Shown here: positions 1 to 9,060 of the stretch, one piece after another
Layout: each line of letters opens with the position of its first letter
Position numbering within the stretch: the first letter of the stretch is position 1
Source: an uncultured bacterium
Lineage (GTDB): Bacteria; SAR324; NAC60-12
Direction: 5' to 3'
Assembly (NCBI GenBank): GCA_965662845.1
Contig: CBFIJD010000039.1
Span: forward strand, 1 to 26,279
DNA: 26,279 nucleotides
Translations under genes and position numbers: made by a program
Notes under the pieces: generated by a model
Database searches by the model: none
Told to the model about the DNA's origin: nothing
The model's input: only the letters and a program-made list of their open reading frames with translations

Positions 1-491
1 TCCACAAGGCCTTCATTTACATAGTCTTCCAGCACGGAAAGCGGGAAATTTCGGAAAAAACCTTTACCCCGAAAATTTTTCAAGGCATCCTCCCGCGACG
101 CAAAACAAGCCCGGCGCCGCTTGGTCTTGGCTGCTGGCGTCACCGCTTCCATCAGCCCAACTTGCTTCAGACACCACAGCGCCCCTCGCTTGACGGGATG
201 AAACAGCGGAGGATCTAGCAAAATGAGTTGCTCAAACGCCTGCGGCTGCTGCGCCGCTGCTTCCAACAACACCACCCCGCCCAATGAATGCCCGATCCCA
301 ACACATGGCCGCTGAGGCGAAAGACGCGCCACGACCTCAGCTGCGATGAGTTGCCACGAAGCAGGCCACGGATTTTGTGACTCTCCCAAACACTCGACAA
401 ACGAGACCTCGCAATCGTGTAGCTTTGCGAAAAGCTGCCGATAGCACGGCGCCGGAAAACCATTTGCGTGTAAAAACTCAACTCTAAGCAT
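1..491 (-). CDS. Alpha/beta fold hydrolase (partial; 3' end runs off the left edge)
   Basis: Translated by hand from ATG at 491 on the minus strand (not in the ORF track): MLRVEFLHANGFPAPCYRQL...CVGIGHSLGGVVLL...LILLDPPLF..., open to the window edge. It has an HANGF oxyanion-type motif and a GHSLGG nucleophile elbow. Confidence 0.88.
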   Translation of the reverse strand, partial: MLRVEFLHANGFPAPCYRQLFAKLHDCEVSFVECLGESQNPWPASWQLIAAEVVARLSPQRPCVGIGHSLGGVVLLEAAAQQPQAFEQLILLDPPLFHPVKRGALWCLKQVGLMEAVTPAAKTKRRRACFASREDALKNFRGKGFFRNFPLSVLEDYVNEGLV

Positions 492-506
492 GGCTGATCG
501 TTCTCT

Positions 507-1238
507 ATGAAACTTGGAATTTTGCAGTGCGATATTGTCCGTTCCCACCTTCAGCCAACATTTGGCGACTATCCCGATATGTTTCGGAAATTGCTCAGTA
601 GCGTCGATGCTACGCTAGAGTTTCAAACCTTCGTGGCCTGCCAAAACGAACTGCCAGAGACGCCCCAAGCTTGCGACGCCTATTTGCTCACCGGCAGCAA
701 GCGCAGTGTCTTCGAGCAGGTCTCTTGGATTGCGGGTTTAGAAGACTGCGTGCGCACGTTGCATAGCCATCGCATGCCTCTGGTGGGGGTCTGTTTTGGA
801 CACCAGCTGATCGCGCAAGCGCTTGGAGGAGAAGTGGAGCGCGCAGCAAAAGGTTGGGGCGTTGGCGTGTCGCGCCAACAAGTTTTTGCCCAGCCCCCAT
901 GGTTGCAGCCAGTCCTTCGCGAGATTGCCGTGCTGGTGAGCCACCAAGATCAGGTCACGGCCTTGCCGCCAACGGCCACTCTCTTCGCCGGCAATGACTT
1001 TTGTCCAAACGCGATGTTCACCGTGGGCGACCACATTTTCACCTCACAAGGTCACCCTGAGTTTCTCCCTAGCTACGCGCGCGCGCTCATGGAAATCCGC
1101 CGAGATCGCATTCCGACCTCTGTGCTGGAAGCAGGCTTGCAATCACTCATCACCCCCCTCGATCACGCTCTTGTAGCGCAGTGGATCGTCCAATTTTTGC
1201 GCTGTGCGACCTCTCCTCCAACCGCTGCTTCAAAGTAA
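507..1238 (+). CDS. Class I glutamine amidotransferase-like protein (stand-alone GMP-synthase-GATase-like / gamma-glutamyl hydrolase type)
   Basis: LLTGS, GVCFGHQ (nucleophile Cys), SHQDQV and QGHPEF (His-Glu of the triad). No synthetase domain, so this is not guaA. Confidence 0.88.
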   Translation: MKLGILQCDIVRSHLQPTFGDYPDMFRKLLSSVDATLEFQTFVACQNELPETPQACDAYLLTGSKRSVFEQVSWIAGLEDCVRTLHSHRMPLVGVCFGHQLIAQALGGEVERAAKGWGVGVSRQQVFAQPPWLQPVLREIAVLVSHQDQVTALPPTATLFAGNDFCPNAMFTVGDHIFTSQGHPEFLPSYARALMEIRRDRIPTSVLEAGLQSLITPLDHALVAQWIVQFLRCATSPPTAASK

Positions 1239-1241
1239 GCT

Positions 1242-2735
1242 ATGAACGCCTCTCATGCTCGTCCCATCTCACGCCGCGTCACCGCCTTTCTGGTCTATGG
1301 GCGCCCTCCCTTGGCGCTGGCAGCCTTAGCCTGTGCCCTGCTGACCATGATTTTGCGCAGTCCCACGCTCTATTTTGTGGGGCTCGCCTGCTTGGTGATC
1401 GCGATGCTCTTTGACCTGATCGATGGCTGGTTCGCCGCGCGCTTTCAAACGCATCACAAGCTCGCGGAGCTCGCGGAGCGGATTATGGACAAGGTGGTGT
1501 ACTCGCTCATCTTCCCCCTCGTGGCGTTTGGGATGATGTGGCGGTATCACCACCTGCCGGAAGATGGGCCGACCGTACGCTTGGAGCTTTTTCATGCGAT
1601 GTTCGTGTTGCTGTTGAGCGTGACGGTGCTGATGCGAGATCACTTCGCGCACTTCATGCTTGGCTTTGCCCAAACCCACGGCGACACGCCCGGCATGCGA
1701 GAGCTGACTCGTCTGCGCACAATGTTTGCCACACCGGTCGGCGCGGCTCTCTTTGGCTACGCCTTTTACATCCCTGAAGCTGCCGAAGTCCTGCCCACCT
1801 GGGTCAACCGGCTGGGAGGTTTGTCGCTCCAAAGCATGTTGGTCTTAGAAGTGTTCTTTCTCATCATCAACTTTGGCTCCATCGCGAGCTACTGCCGCAA
1901 ATATGGCACCTTTTGCTTAGACGACCTCTGCTTGGGCGATCTTGTCTTGCGCCGGCGCATTCTGGCCTCCTTTCCCAACGCGCTCACCGTCATGAACGCG
2001 CTGATGGGCTTGCTGGCCATTTGGTTCGCCCAGCAAGAGCAGATGCGAGAGGCCTATATGATCCTCCTTGGCGCCGCGTTTTTTGACAAACTTGATGGCG
2101 CGCTTGCCCGTCGTCTTGGGCTCACCGAGCCCATCCATCCGCACCAAAAACGGAGCATCACCACGGGCAGTATTCTCGATGACATCGCCGATGGTGTGAG
2201 TTTCTGCATCGCGCCCGCGCTGATCTTCTTCTTGATCATGGACCGGATTGACGCGCCGAGCGTCCAAGCCTTGCCCTATGGCCTGATCGCCGTCGTGTAT
2301 GCGGGAGCCGGCATTGCGCGGCTGATCGCCTTCACGCTGGACTCCACGCCCACTCCCGGATTCTTCAAAGGCATTCCATCCCCAGGCGCGGCCTTATTTG
2401 TCGCCTCCGTCTTCATCATGCTCGAACAAGCATGGCACGAGGACTCCAGCAGCGTCGTTGTGTGGGCCTATTTCTGTTCGTTTTTGCTCCTCGCGATGGC
2501 CGCGCTGATGAACCTCTATCGCATCCGCTACCTGCACTTAGGTCGCTTCTTCAGCCGCAATCCTTGGTTTGGACGCCTGACGGCGGCGCTGATGATCCTC
2601 TTCGCCTTCACAGACTATTTTGGCCATGCCGCCTTCTTTTACTTGTTGGGATACGTCGTCTCGCCTTGGTTCACCAAGAACCTCTCGCCGGAGCCCGCCC
2701 CACGAGAAGACCATTCACCCGCTCCCTCCAACTGA
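1242..2735 (+). CDS. Polytopic membrane protein with two tandem CDP-alcohol phosphatidyltransferase domains (PgsA-like N-half, PssA-like C-half)
   Basis: Motif 1 is [21 protein letters not shown] (degenerate). Motif 2 is [20 protein letters not shown] (intact), with PssA-type FPNALT..N and RLIAF...FFKGIPSP segments. Many hydrophobic helices. Confidence 0.8.
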   Translation: MNASHARPISRRVTAFLVYGRPPLALAALACALLTMILRSPTLYFVGLACLVIAMLFDLIDGWFAARFQTHHKLAELAERIMDKVVYSLIFPLVAFGMMWRYHHLPEDGPTVRLELFHAMFVLLLSVTVLMRDHFAHFMLGFAQTHGDTPGMRELTRLRTMFATPVGAALFGYAFYIPEAAEVLPTWVNRLGGLSLQSMLVLEVFFLIINFGSIASYCRKYGTFCLDDLCLGDLVLRRRILASFPNALTVMNALMGLLAIWFAQQEQMREAYMILLGAAFFDKLDGALARRLGLTEPIHPHQKRSITTGSILDDIADGVSFCIAPALIFFLIMDRIDAPSVQALPYGLIAVVYAGAGIARLIAFTLDSTPTPGFFKGIPSPGAALFVASVFIMLEQAWHEDSSSVVVWAYFCSFLLLAMAALMNLYRIRYLHLGRFFSRNPWFGRLTAALMILFAFTDYFGHAAFFYLLGYVVSPWFTKNLSPEPAPREDHSPAPSN

Positions 2736-2755
2736 TTTTTTTTACGGAATTCTCA

Positions 2756-3799
2756 ATGCAAGACGATATGGAAATGGAAGACCGCTTCGTCACGCCGGAA
2801 GTGCAAGCGGGCGAGTCCCAAGATCTCTCCTTGCGCCCCACGTGGCTCGGAGAATACATCGGCCAAAGCGACGTCAAAGAAAACCTGCGCGTCTTCATTG
2901 AAGCCGCCAAACGGCGCGGACAAGCGCTGGATCATGTCCTGCTGAGTGGCCCCCCTGGGCTGGGGAAAACGACCCTCGCCACGATCTTTGCCAATGAAAT
3001 GGGCGTGCAGCTCCGCTCGACATCTGGGCCGGTGATTGAGCGCCAAGGAGACTTGGCCGCGATTCTGACGAACTTGGACGCAGGCTCCGTGTTGTTCATC
3101 GACGAAATTCACCGCATGAACCGAGTCGTAGAAGAGGTCCTCTACTCTGCCATGGAAGATTTCACACTCGACATCATTATTGGAGAAGGCCCCGCCGCCC
3201 GCACCGTCAAATTGGACATTCCGCGCTTCACGCTCGTGGGAGCGACCACGCGAGCCGGGCTCTTGACCGCGCCCCTCCGCGACCGCTTCGGCATTCAATG
3301 TCGCCTCAATTACTACACCCCTGAAGAGCTGAAGCTGATTGTCATTCGCTCTGCGGCTTTGCTAGACATTGAAATTGTAGAGGAAGCCGCGATGGAGCTC
3401 GCGGCCCGCTCCCGTGGGACTCCCCGCATTGCCAACCGCATGCTGCGACGTTGCCGCGACTTCGCCGACTTAGAGACCTCTGGAGTCATCACGAAAGAAC
3501 TCGTCGGACACAGCTTGAACCGCATGGGGATCGACCCCTTCGGGCTCGACCAGATGGATCGCAACATTCTGCAAACGATCATCGAAAAATACGACGGCGG
3601 CCCTGTCGGCTTGAACACACTCGCTGCCGCCGTCTCTGAAGAACAAGACACGCTCGAAGAGGTCTATGAACCCTTTTTGCTGATGAAGGGCTTCTTGCAG
3701 CGCACCCCCCGAGGGCGCATGGTCACGCGCAGCGCTTATGAACACCTCGGCGTTGCGATTCGCCCAGAGAAGAGACAGACCTCTCTGTTCGCAGAGTGA
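2756..3799 (+). CDS. ruvB: Holliday junction branch migration DNA helicase RuvB
   Basis: LRP..L.EYIGQ, Walker [10 protein letters not shown], Walker [31 protein letters not shown] and RTPRGR. Start trimmed from 2432 to ATG 2756 (2768 or 2774 also possible). Confidence 0.97.
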   Translation: MQDDMEMEDRFVTPEVQAGESQDLSLRPTWLGEYIGQSDVKENLRVFIEAAKRRGQALDHVLLSGPPGLGKTTLATIFANEMGVQLRSTSGPVIERQGDLAAILTNLDAGSVLFIDEIHRMNRVVEEVLYSAMEDFTLDIIIGEGPAARTVKLDIPRFTLVGATTRAGLLTAPLRDRFGIQCRLNYYTPEELKLIVIRSAALLDIEIVEEAAMELAARSRGTPRIANRMLRRCRDFADLETSGVITKELVGHSLNRMGIDPFGLDQMDRNILQTIIEKYDGGPVGLNTLAAAVSEEQDTLEEVYEPFLLMKGFLQRTPRGRMVTRSAYEHLGVAIRPEKRQTSLFAE

Positions 3800-3835
3800 G
3801 GCTCCGCCGGCAAACCGCTCCTCTGCGCGCTAGCC

Positions 3836-5134
3836 TCACTCCACCCGCTCAATCTGCGCGCCCAACAACTTCAGGCGTTCATCAATGCGCTCGTAGCCCC
3901 GATCGATCTGGTGGATGTTCTGAATCACGCTCTCTCCCCTCGCGCCCAACGCCGCAATCAGCAAAGCCATCCCCGCCCGAATATCTGGAGAAGACACCCG
4001 CATTCCCTGCAATGGCGCAGGCCCTGACACCACAGCTCGATGGGGATCACACAAAATGATATGCGCTCCCATAGAGATGAGCTTGTCCACCCAAAACAGG
4101 CGACTCTCAAACATCTTCTCAAAAATCAGCACCGTGCCTCGACACTGTGTCGCGACAACGGTCATGATGCTGGTCAAATCCGCTGGGAAACCCGGCCACG
4201 GCGCGTCGTCAATCTTGGGGATGCCGGCAGTGTCTTGAGAGACTTGCAGCGTCTGTTCTGCCGGAACCAGCAGGTCATCGTGGCCGCGCACCTCTGTGGT
4301 GACTCCCAATTTTTCAAACATCATGCGAATGATCTTGAGCTGCTCTACGCCCGCATTTTTGATGAGGATCTCAGACTTGGTGACCGCCGCGAGCCCGATG
4401 AAAGAGCCCGCCTCCGTGTGATCCGGCTGGATCGTGTATTCCCCGCCATGCAGCTGCGCGCTCCCATCAATCGTGAGCAAGTTGCTCCCAATGCCCGTGA
4501 TGTGCGCCCCCATCGCCACCAAACAACGACACAGGCCCTGCACGTGAGGCTCACAAGCGGCGTTGTAAATCGTGGTGCGCCCCCAAGACATCACGGCCGC
4601 CATGACGGCGTTCTCTGTCGCCATCACGCTCGCTTCATCAAGATAGAGATAAGTCCCGCGCAGACGGCTCGCCTGCATCAAATAATCTCCCTCCTCGTCG
4701 CGCTCAATCTGCGCGCCCAGCTCGCGCAGCGCCAGCAGGTGCGTTTGTACGGGACGCAAACCGATGCGATCGCCACCGGGCGCTGGCAGCTTGACTTTCC
4801 CATGACGCGCCAGCAAGGGACCCGCCAACAAAAAGGAGCCGCGAATCTGTGCGGCAGCGACAGGGTCGGGCTCATGCGTGGTGATCTCACGAGCTTCAAA
4901 GCGATAAGAGTGATTCCCCAAATGCGTCACTTGGACTCCGACACTTTGCAGCAATGTGCGCATGGCGACGATGTCTGCAATTTCAGGGACGTTGTGCAAG
5001 AGGACAGGCTCTTCGGTGAGCAGGACCGCCGCGAGGACAGGGAGGGCTTCGTTTTTGTTGCCAGAAGGAGTGATCTCTCCGTGCAGAGGGATTCCTCCAT
5101 TCACAACAAACTGAGCGTTCGAGGTCGTTTCCAT
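3836..5134 (-). CDS. murA: UDP-N-acetylglucosamine 1-carboxyvinyltransferase (Asp-type active-site loop)
   Basis: [54 protein letters not shown] and IDRGYE. Confidence 0.96.
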   Translation of the reverse strand: METTSNAQFVVNGGIPLHGEITPSGNKNEALPVLAAVLLTEEPVLLHNVPEIADIVAMRTLLQSVGVQVTHLGNHSYRFEAREITTHEPDPVAAAQIRGSFLLAGPLLARHGKVKLPAPGGDRIGLRPVQTHLLALRELGAQIERDEEGDYLMQASRLRGTYLYLDEASVMATENAVMAAVMSWGRTTIYNAACEPHVQGLCRCLVAMGAHITGIGSNLLTIDGSAQLHGGEYTIQPDHTEAGSFIGLAAVTKSEILIKNAGVEQLKIIRMMFEKLGVTTEVRGHDDLLVPAEQTLQVSQDTAGIPKIDDAPWPGFPADLTSIMTVVATQCRGTVLIFEKMFESRLFWVDKLISMGAHIILCDPHRAVVSGPAPLQGMRVSSPDIRAGMALLIAALGARGESVIQNIHQIDRGYERIDERLKLLGAQIERVE

Positions 5135-5272
5135 GATTTCCTTGTTGTTTCTTCCATGAACGATTGGGCTTCCGTGCCGATGTGATGGTGACTAAGCAAA
5201 AGGACTGCAAACTGGTCTCGTGAGGAGACCCTTTTCCTGATTTTTATTTGGTAGACAGTTCTACGGCTAGCG

Positions 5273-5300
5273 TTGCCTTGATGTTACATAGCCGTACAAT
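5273..5300 (+). promoter_or_regulatory. Candidate sigma70-type promoter for the NUDIX-RSH unit
   Basis: TTGCCT-N16-TACAAT, about 155 bp upstream of the NUDIX ATG. It is overlapped by the inverted repeat TACGGCTA-N19-TAGCCGTA (5262-5296). Confidence 0.4.
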
Positions 5301-5456
5301 CGAGCCTTTTCTCCGTGCGTTTCCAGAGTTCTGGTCGAGTCTTTGCTAGCGAAGTTCTCACAAATTCAGCGCGAAAAGGCTGGTGACTCTGTTTTTTCAG
5401 TGATAGCCTTTTTGTCTTCCAAAAAAGAAATTCCTCTGTCAGAGATCTAACACCCC

Positions 5457-6050
5457 ATGCTGCACCTGCACAAAAGCCAAATTCTGAATGAGCGCTCGCT
5501 GCATCAAGCTCACTGGCTGGAAGTAACAGAAATCTTATATCGTGATGAGAGCGGCACCGAGCGCAGTTGGGAAGCCGTGCACCGTCGGCAACGCAATCTC
5601 GCCGCTATCATCGTCGCGCAGCTGCGGCCTTCTGGAAAATACATTTTAGTACGACAGTTCCGCCCCCCCACGCAAGGCTATGTCCTTGAGTTTCCAGCCG
5701 GCCTTGTGGATGAGGGAGAAAAAGCTGCCGAAGCCGGCTTGAGAGAGCTGCGAGAAGAAACCGGCTTTCATGGGAAGGTGCAAGGAGTGACAGACGTGAT
5801 GTACTCCTCTCCAGGGCTGCTGAGCGAAGGCTGCCAGTACGTGTTTATGACCGTAGATGAACAGGCTCCTGAAAATCAAACGCCCAAACAAGACACCGAT
5901 CCGGGAGAGTTTTTGGATGTGATCACCCTGCATCCAGCGGAGTTGACTCCCCTGCTCCAACAGGAGACCTTCCGCAGCACGACTCTGGATGTCAAACTAT
6001 TCGCTTTTTTCCGCGAACACCTGCTTCCTTTGCCGGTCTTCGACGAATGA
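5457..6050 (+). CDS. NUDIX hydrolase (ADP-ribose pyrophosphatase/NUDT5-like subfamily)
   Basis: Nudix box PAGLVDEGEKAAEAGLRELREETG, plus QFRPP and SPG motifs typical of ADPRase-like members. Confidence 0.9.
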   Translation: MLHLHKSQILNERSLHQAHWLEVTEILYRDESGTERSWEAVHRRQRNLAAIIVAQLRPSGKYILVRQFRPPTQGYVLEFPAGLVDEGEKAAEAGLRELREETGFHGKVQGVTDVMYSSPGLLSEGCQYVFMTVDEQAPENQTPKQDTDPGEFLDVITLHPAELTPLLQQETFRSTTLDVKLFAFFREHLLPLPVFDE

Positions 6051-7906
6051 TAGATCAACTCTCCGGAAACGCTATGCTCATGGAAGCGCACACGCCCGGC
6101 TTGTCCGTCTCACCGACACTCCCACCGATTTTTGCGAACTTCCCCGACCTGCGTCCCATTTTAGACGCCGAGCACGGCGACACAGGACACTTGCGACAAA
6201 TCAACTCCCTGCTGAACCGACTCTACCAAGTCTGTCCGCATGAGGATTATCTACTAGCTTCCCTACTCTTCTATCTCTATCCAGCTTATCAATCACGCTC
6301 CGAGCACCTGCAGCGGGCTTGTAGCCCCACTGCTTGGGACCTTTACCTGCGCTTGATGCAAATTGATCGCTTGCCCCTGCCGGTCTCTGGAGAGAAGCAG
6401 CGACTGCACGCCCGCAACATGGTCTATGCGATGACCGGGGACCTCCCTCTCTTGACCGCGTTGCTCATTGTCCGCTTGCAGCGCTCCGAGCACATTGAGC
6501 AGCTTCCCACAGACTGGCAGATCCCTTTTGCCGAACAAACGCTGCACATTTATGCACCACTCGCCCACCGCCTGGGCATTTTCTGGATCAAAGCCGAGCT
6601 GGAAGACACCGCTTTCCAGTTCTTGCAGCCAGACAATTACTACTCCCTCAAAAAGAAAGTCGCGAAGAAGCGACACCAGCGCTCCGCAATTGTGGAGTCC
6701 ATGTCGCGCCAAATTCGCAAAATGCTCATCCAAGCAGGGATTCGGCATCAGGTGTACGGGCGCTACAAGCGCTTCTACTCCATCTATGAAAAGCTCAAGA
6801 AAGTGGATCAGCAGTTTGAAAGGATTCAAGACCTGATCGCGCTGCGCATTTTGCTGCACAAAGTCGAAGACTGCTATGCGGCGCTGAGTTACATTCATGA
6901 GCACTGGACTCCCAAGGAGCAACGCTACAAGGACTACATTGCCCAGCCCAAGCCGAACGGCTATCAGTCGCTGCACACCACCATTTTGACGCAAGAAGGC
7001 GAACCTGTAGAGGTGCAAATCCGCACGCACGAGATGCACGCGATCGCAGAGTACGGTGTCGCGGCGCACTGGCTCTACAAAGAAAGTGATCGCAAATCTG
7101 CCCTGACTCGGACGGCGGCTGAAAGTAGCGAGCTGCGCGCGGTGCTCCACAACGTCTACACCCTCACCCCCCAAGGAGAGATCATTGAGCTGCCCGAAGG
7201 ATCCACTCCCGTAGACTTCGCTTACGCTGTGCACACTGACGTCGGCAATCAGCTCTCTGGAGCGCTGGTCAATGGCAGCATCAGCAAAATCGACACATCT
7301 CTGGTCAACGGCGATCAAGTCGAAATTCTCACCTCCCCCAAACAGCGCCCTAGCAAGGAGTGGCTCCTCTTCGTGAAGACGAAGAAGGCGCAACAAAAGA
7401 TCCGGCACGCCGTCCGCGAACAACAGCGCGAAGAGTTCCGCCGCACCGCTTGGGAACAATTAGACAAAGAATTTCGTCAACACGGCCTGAACCTCAACCG
7501 GATGGTCCGCGAAAACAAACTAGAGCTGGAGTCCCAACAACGCAAAGCCCAGTCGTTTGAGCATATGCTGCATTGCATTGGGCAGGGTTCAATGCGACCC
7601 GTCGAGTTAGCGCAGTGGTTTTCAGAGAAATCGGAAGTCCCCGCAGGACCAACTCCCGAACCCAAGACCACTCCCAAGCCCTCGACACCCCTTGCGCCCA
7701 GCAAAAGCCTCTTGCTTGTGGAAGGGCTGGATGATGTGGAGACCAGCCTCGCCCGCTGCTGCTCACCACAAAAAGGCGACGACGTTGTGGGCTATCTCGG
7801 CAAAAACCGCGTGATCAAAGTGCACCGACGCGACTGCGACGCCCTCGCCGAGCTGGAGGAAAAACGCCTGTTCGAAGTCCACTGGAACTCCGCACCCAAA
7901 TCCTGA
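6047..7906 (+). CDS. Long RelA/SpoT homolog, (p)ppGpp synthetase with degenerate hydrolase domain, TGS and ZFD, lacking ACT
   Basis: IYAPLAHRLGI..IKAELED, GRYKRFYSIYEK, DLIALRI, RYKDYIAQPKPNGYQSLHT, EVQIRT and AEYGVAAHWLYK. TGS: TPVDFAYAVHTDVG. ZFD: ARCCSP...HRRDC. The ATG overlaps the NUDIX stop (ATGA). Confidence 0.92.
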   Translation: MIDQLSGNAMLMEAHTPGLSVSPTLPPIFANFPDLRPILDAEHGDTGHLRQINSLLNRLYQVCPHEDYLLASLLFYLYPAYQSRSEHLQRACSPTAWDLYLRLMQIDRLPLPVSGEKQRLHARNMVYAMTGDLPLLTALLIVRLQRSEHIEQLPTDWQIPFAEQTLHIYAPLAHRLGIFWIKAELEDTAFQFLQPDNYYSLKKKVAKKRHQRSAIVESMSRQIRKMLIQAGIRHQVYGRYKRFYSIYEKLKKVDQQFERIQDLIALRILLHKVEDCYAALSYIHEHWTPKEQRYKDYIAQPKPNGYQSLHTTILTQEGEPVEVQIRTHEMHAIAEYGVAAHWLYKESDRKSALTRTAAESSELRAVLHNVYTLTPQGEIIELPEGSTPVDFAYAVHTDVGNQLSGALVNGSISKIDTSLVNGDQVEILTSPKQRPSKEWLLFVKTKKAQQKIRHAVREQQREEFRRTAWEQLDKEFRQHGLNLNRMVRENKLELESQQRKAQSFEHMLHCIGQGSMRPVELAQWFSEKSEVPAGPTPEPKTTPKPSTPLAPSKSLLLVEGLDDVETSLARCCSPQKGDDVVGYLGKNRVIKVHRRDCDALAELEEKRLFEVHWNSAPKS

Positions 7907-7972
7907 CCTGGCCCACCGACGGCACCGCGCCGTCTCCCTCTCCTGATGTATGATCTTTTTACGAGAGCACTC

Positions 7973-8818
7973 ATGTCTGCAAACACCTTGGTGATTTACC
8001 ACGCTCAATGTCTGGACGGCTCCGGTGCCGCGCTCGCTGCCTTTCGCAAATTAGGCACCCAAGCCGAATACGTCGGCGCCAAGCACGGCGAAGAGCCCCC
8101 CGACGCCAAAGGACGTGACGTCTTTATTTTGGACTTTGCCTACTTGCCGGAGCCGATGACCCAACTGTGCGCCACCGCCCAGCAGGTGACGGTGGTCGAT
8201 CACCACATCTCGGCGCAGGAACGCTTGGCAGACTGGGCCGAAGCACCGGCAAACTTACAGTGTCACTTCAACATGGAAAAATCCGGAGCCGTGCTCGCGT
8301 GGGAATATTTCCATCCCGCGCAACCGGTGCCGCGCCTCCTGCAATTGATCCAAGATCAGGACTTGTGGCGCTTCCAATATGAAGAGACCAAGACCGTTCT
8401 CTCCGGCTTAGCCGCGCGCGACTGGGAATTTGCGGAGTGGAACACCCTCTTAGAAGCTGGCGAAGACGGCATCCAGCAGCTCCTCGCCGAAGGCAAGAGC
8501 ATTGAGCGCTATCGCAACCGCCTGATTCAGGATTACGTAGAACGCGCGTTTGAAGCTGAGATCGCGGGCTTCACCATCCCTGTGGTGAACTGCCCTTCCG
8601 CTATCAGCTCCGAGGTTCTGAACATCTTGACCCAAGGCAAGCCTTTTGCCGCAGGCTTCCAAGACAAAGAGGGACAACGACGCTGGTCTTTGCGCTCAAC
8701 GGACGCAGGCGAAGATGTCTCGCGGATCGCAGGTTTGTTCGGCGGCGGCGGTCACCGCAACGCGTCGGGCTTCAACCAAAAGCTCGCATTTGTCCCCCCA
8801 GTGCCCCCCTCGTCCTAA
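7973..8818 (+). CDS. DHH/DHHA1 family phosphoesterase (NrnB/oligoribonuclease-like)
   Basis: YHAQCLDG, ILDF, VVDHH, SGA, DQDLW, WSLRS and GGGGHRNASGF. Start 7973 chosen for the GAGAG upstream; 7946 is possible. Confidence 0.87.
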   Translation: MSANTLVIYHAQCLDGSGAALAAFRKLGTQAEYVGAKHGEEPPDAKGRDVFILDFAYLPEPMTQLCATAQQVTVVDHHISAQERLADWAEAPANLQCHFNMEKSGAVLAWEYFHPAQPVPRLLQLIQDQDLWRFQYEETKTVLSGLAARDWEFAEWNTLLEAGEDGIQQLLAEGKSIERYRNRLIQDYVERAFEAEIAGFTIPVVNCPSAISSEVLNILTQGKPFAAGFQDKEGQRRWSLRSTDAGEDVSRIAGLFGGGGHRNASGFNQKLAFVPPVPPSS

Positions 8819-9060
8819 GCTTCACGACTCCAATCCTCTAAGCACTTTGTGCGCTTGCGGTGTTTGGCCTTGCGCCCTTGCACTCGCTTGCGCCACGCCA
8901 CATAGCTCCCGCGTTTTAGCTCTTTCCGCATCAACACCTTCACCTCCTTCTCACGCAGCCCTGTCCGCCTGTAAATCTCTTCAAACGAGGCTTGATCGTC
9001 CCAAGCTAAGGCGATCACGGTGTCTTTTGTAATCTCACAACTCTGTATTTTTAATTTCAT
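8815..9060 (-). CDS. TIGR03643/DUF2805 family small basic protein
   Basis: I.LAWDDQASFEEI...GL.EKEVK.LMRKELKRGSY..WRKRVQGRKAKH matches the family pattern as I recall it. AGGAG lies 4 nt before ATG 9060. Its stop overlaps the DHH stop. Confidence 0.8.
   Translation of the reverse strand: MKLKIQSCEITKDTVIALAWDDQASFEEIYRRTGLREKEVKVLMRKELKRGSYVAWRKRVQGRKAKHRKRTKCLEDWSREA

Noticed and set aside
215..481. 88-aa minus-strand ORF from the track
   Set aside because: Wrong frame. The alpha/beta hydrolase frame starting at 491 explains this region.
507..1238. guaA (GMP synthase)
   Set aside because: Only the GATase domain is present; the ATP pyrophosphatase domain is absent.
2432..2755. 108-aa N-terminal extension of RuvB in the ORF track
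   Set aside because: It overlaps the 3' end of the CDP-alcohol transferase in another frame and reads as shadow sequence. RuvB similarity starts after ATG 2756.
4040..5185. 381-aa plus-strand ORF
   Set aside because: Antisense shadow of murA. It is Arg/His-rich with no motifs, as expected in GC-rich coding DNA.
5300..5415. ykkC-type ppGpp riboswitch
   Set aside because: The conserved ykkC sequence blocks are not recognisable. Only generic alternative pairing is supported.
6293..7459. 388-aa minus-strand ORF (possible antisense antitoxin to the RSH)
   Set aside because: Fully antisense to the well-supported RSH, with no RBS or domain recognised.
6047..7906. Toxic small alarmone synthetase (toxSAS) toxin-antitoxin interpretation
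   Set aside because: The protein is a long RSH with TGS and ZFD domains in a housekeeping context, not a small alarmone synthetase.
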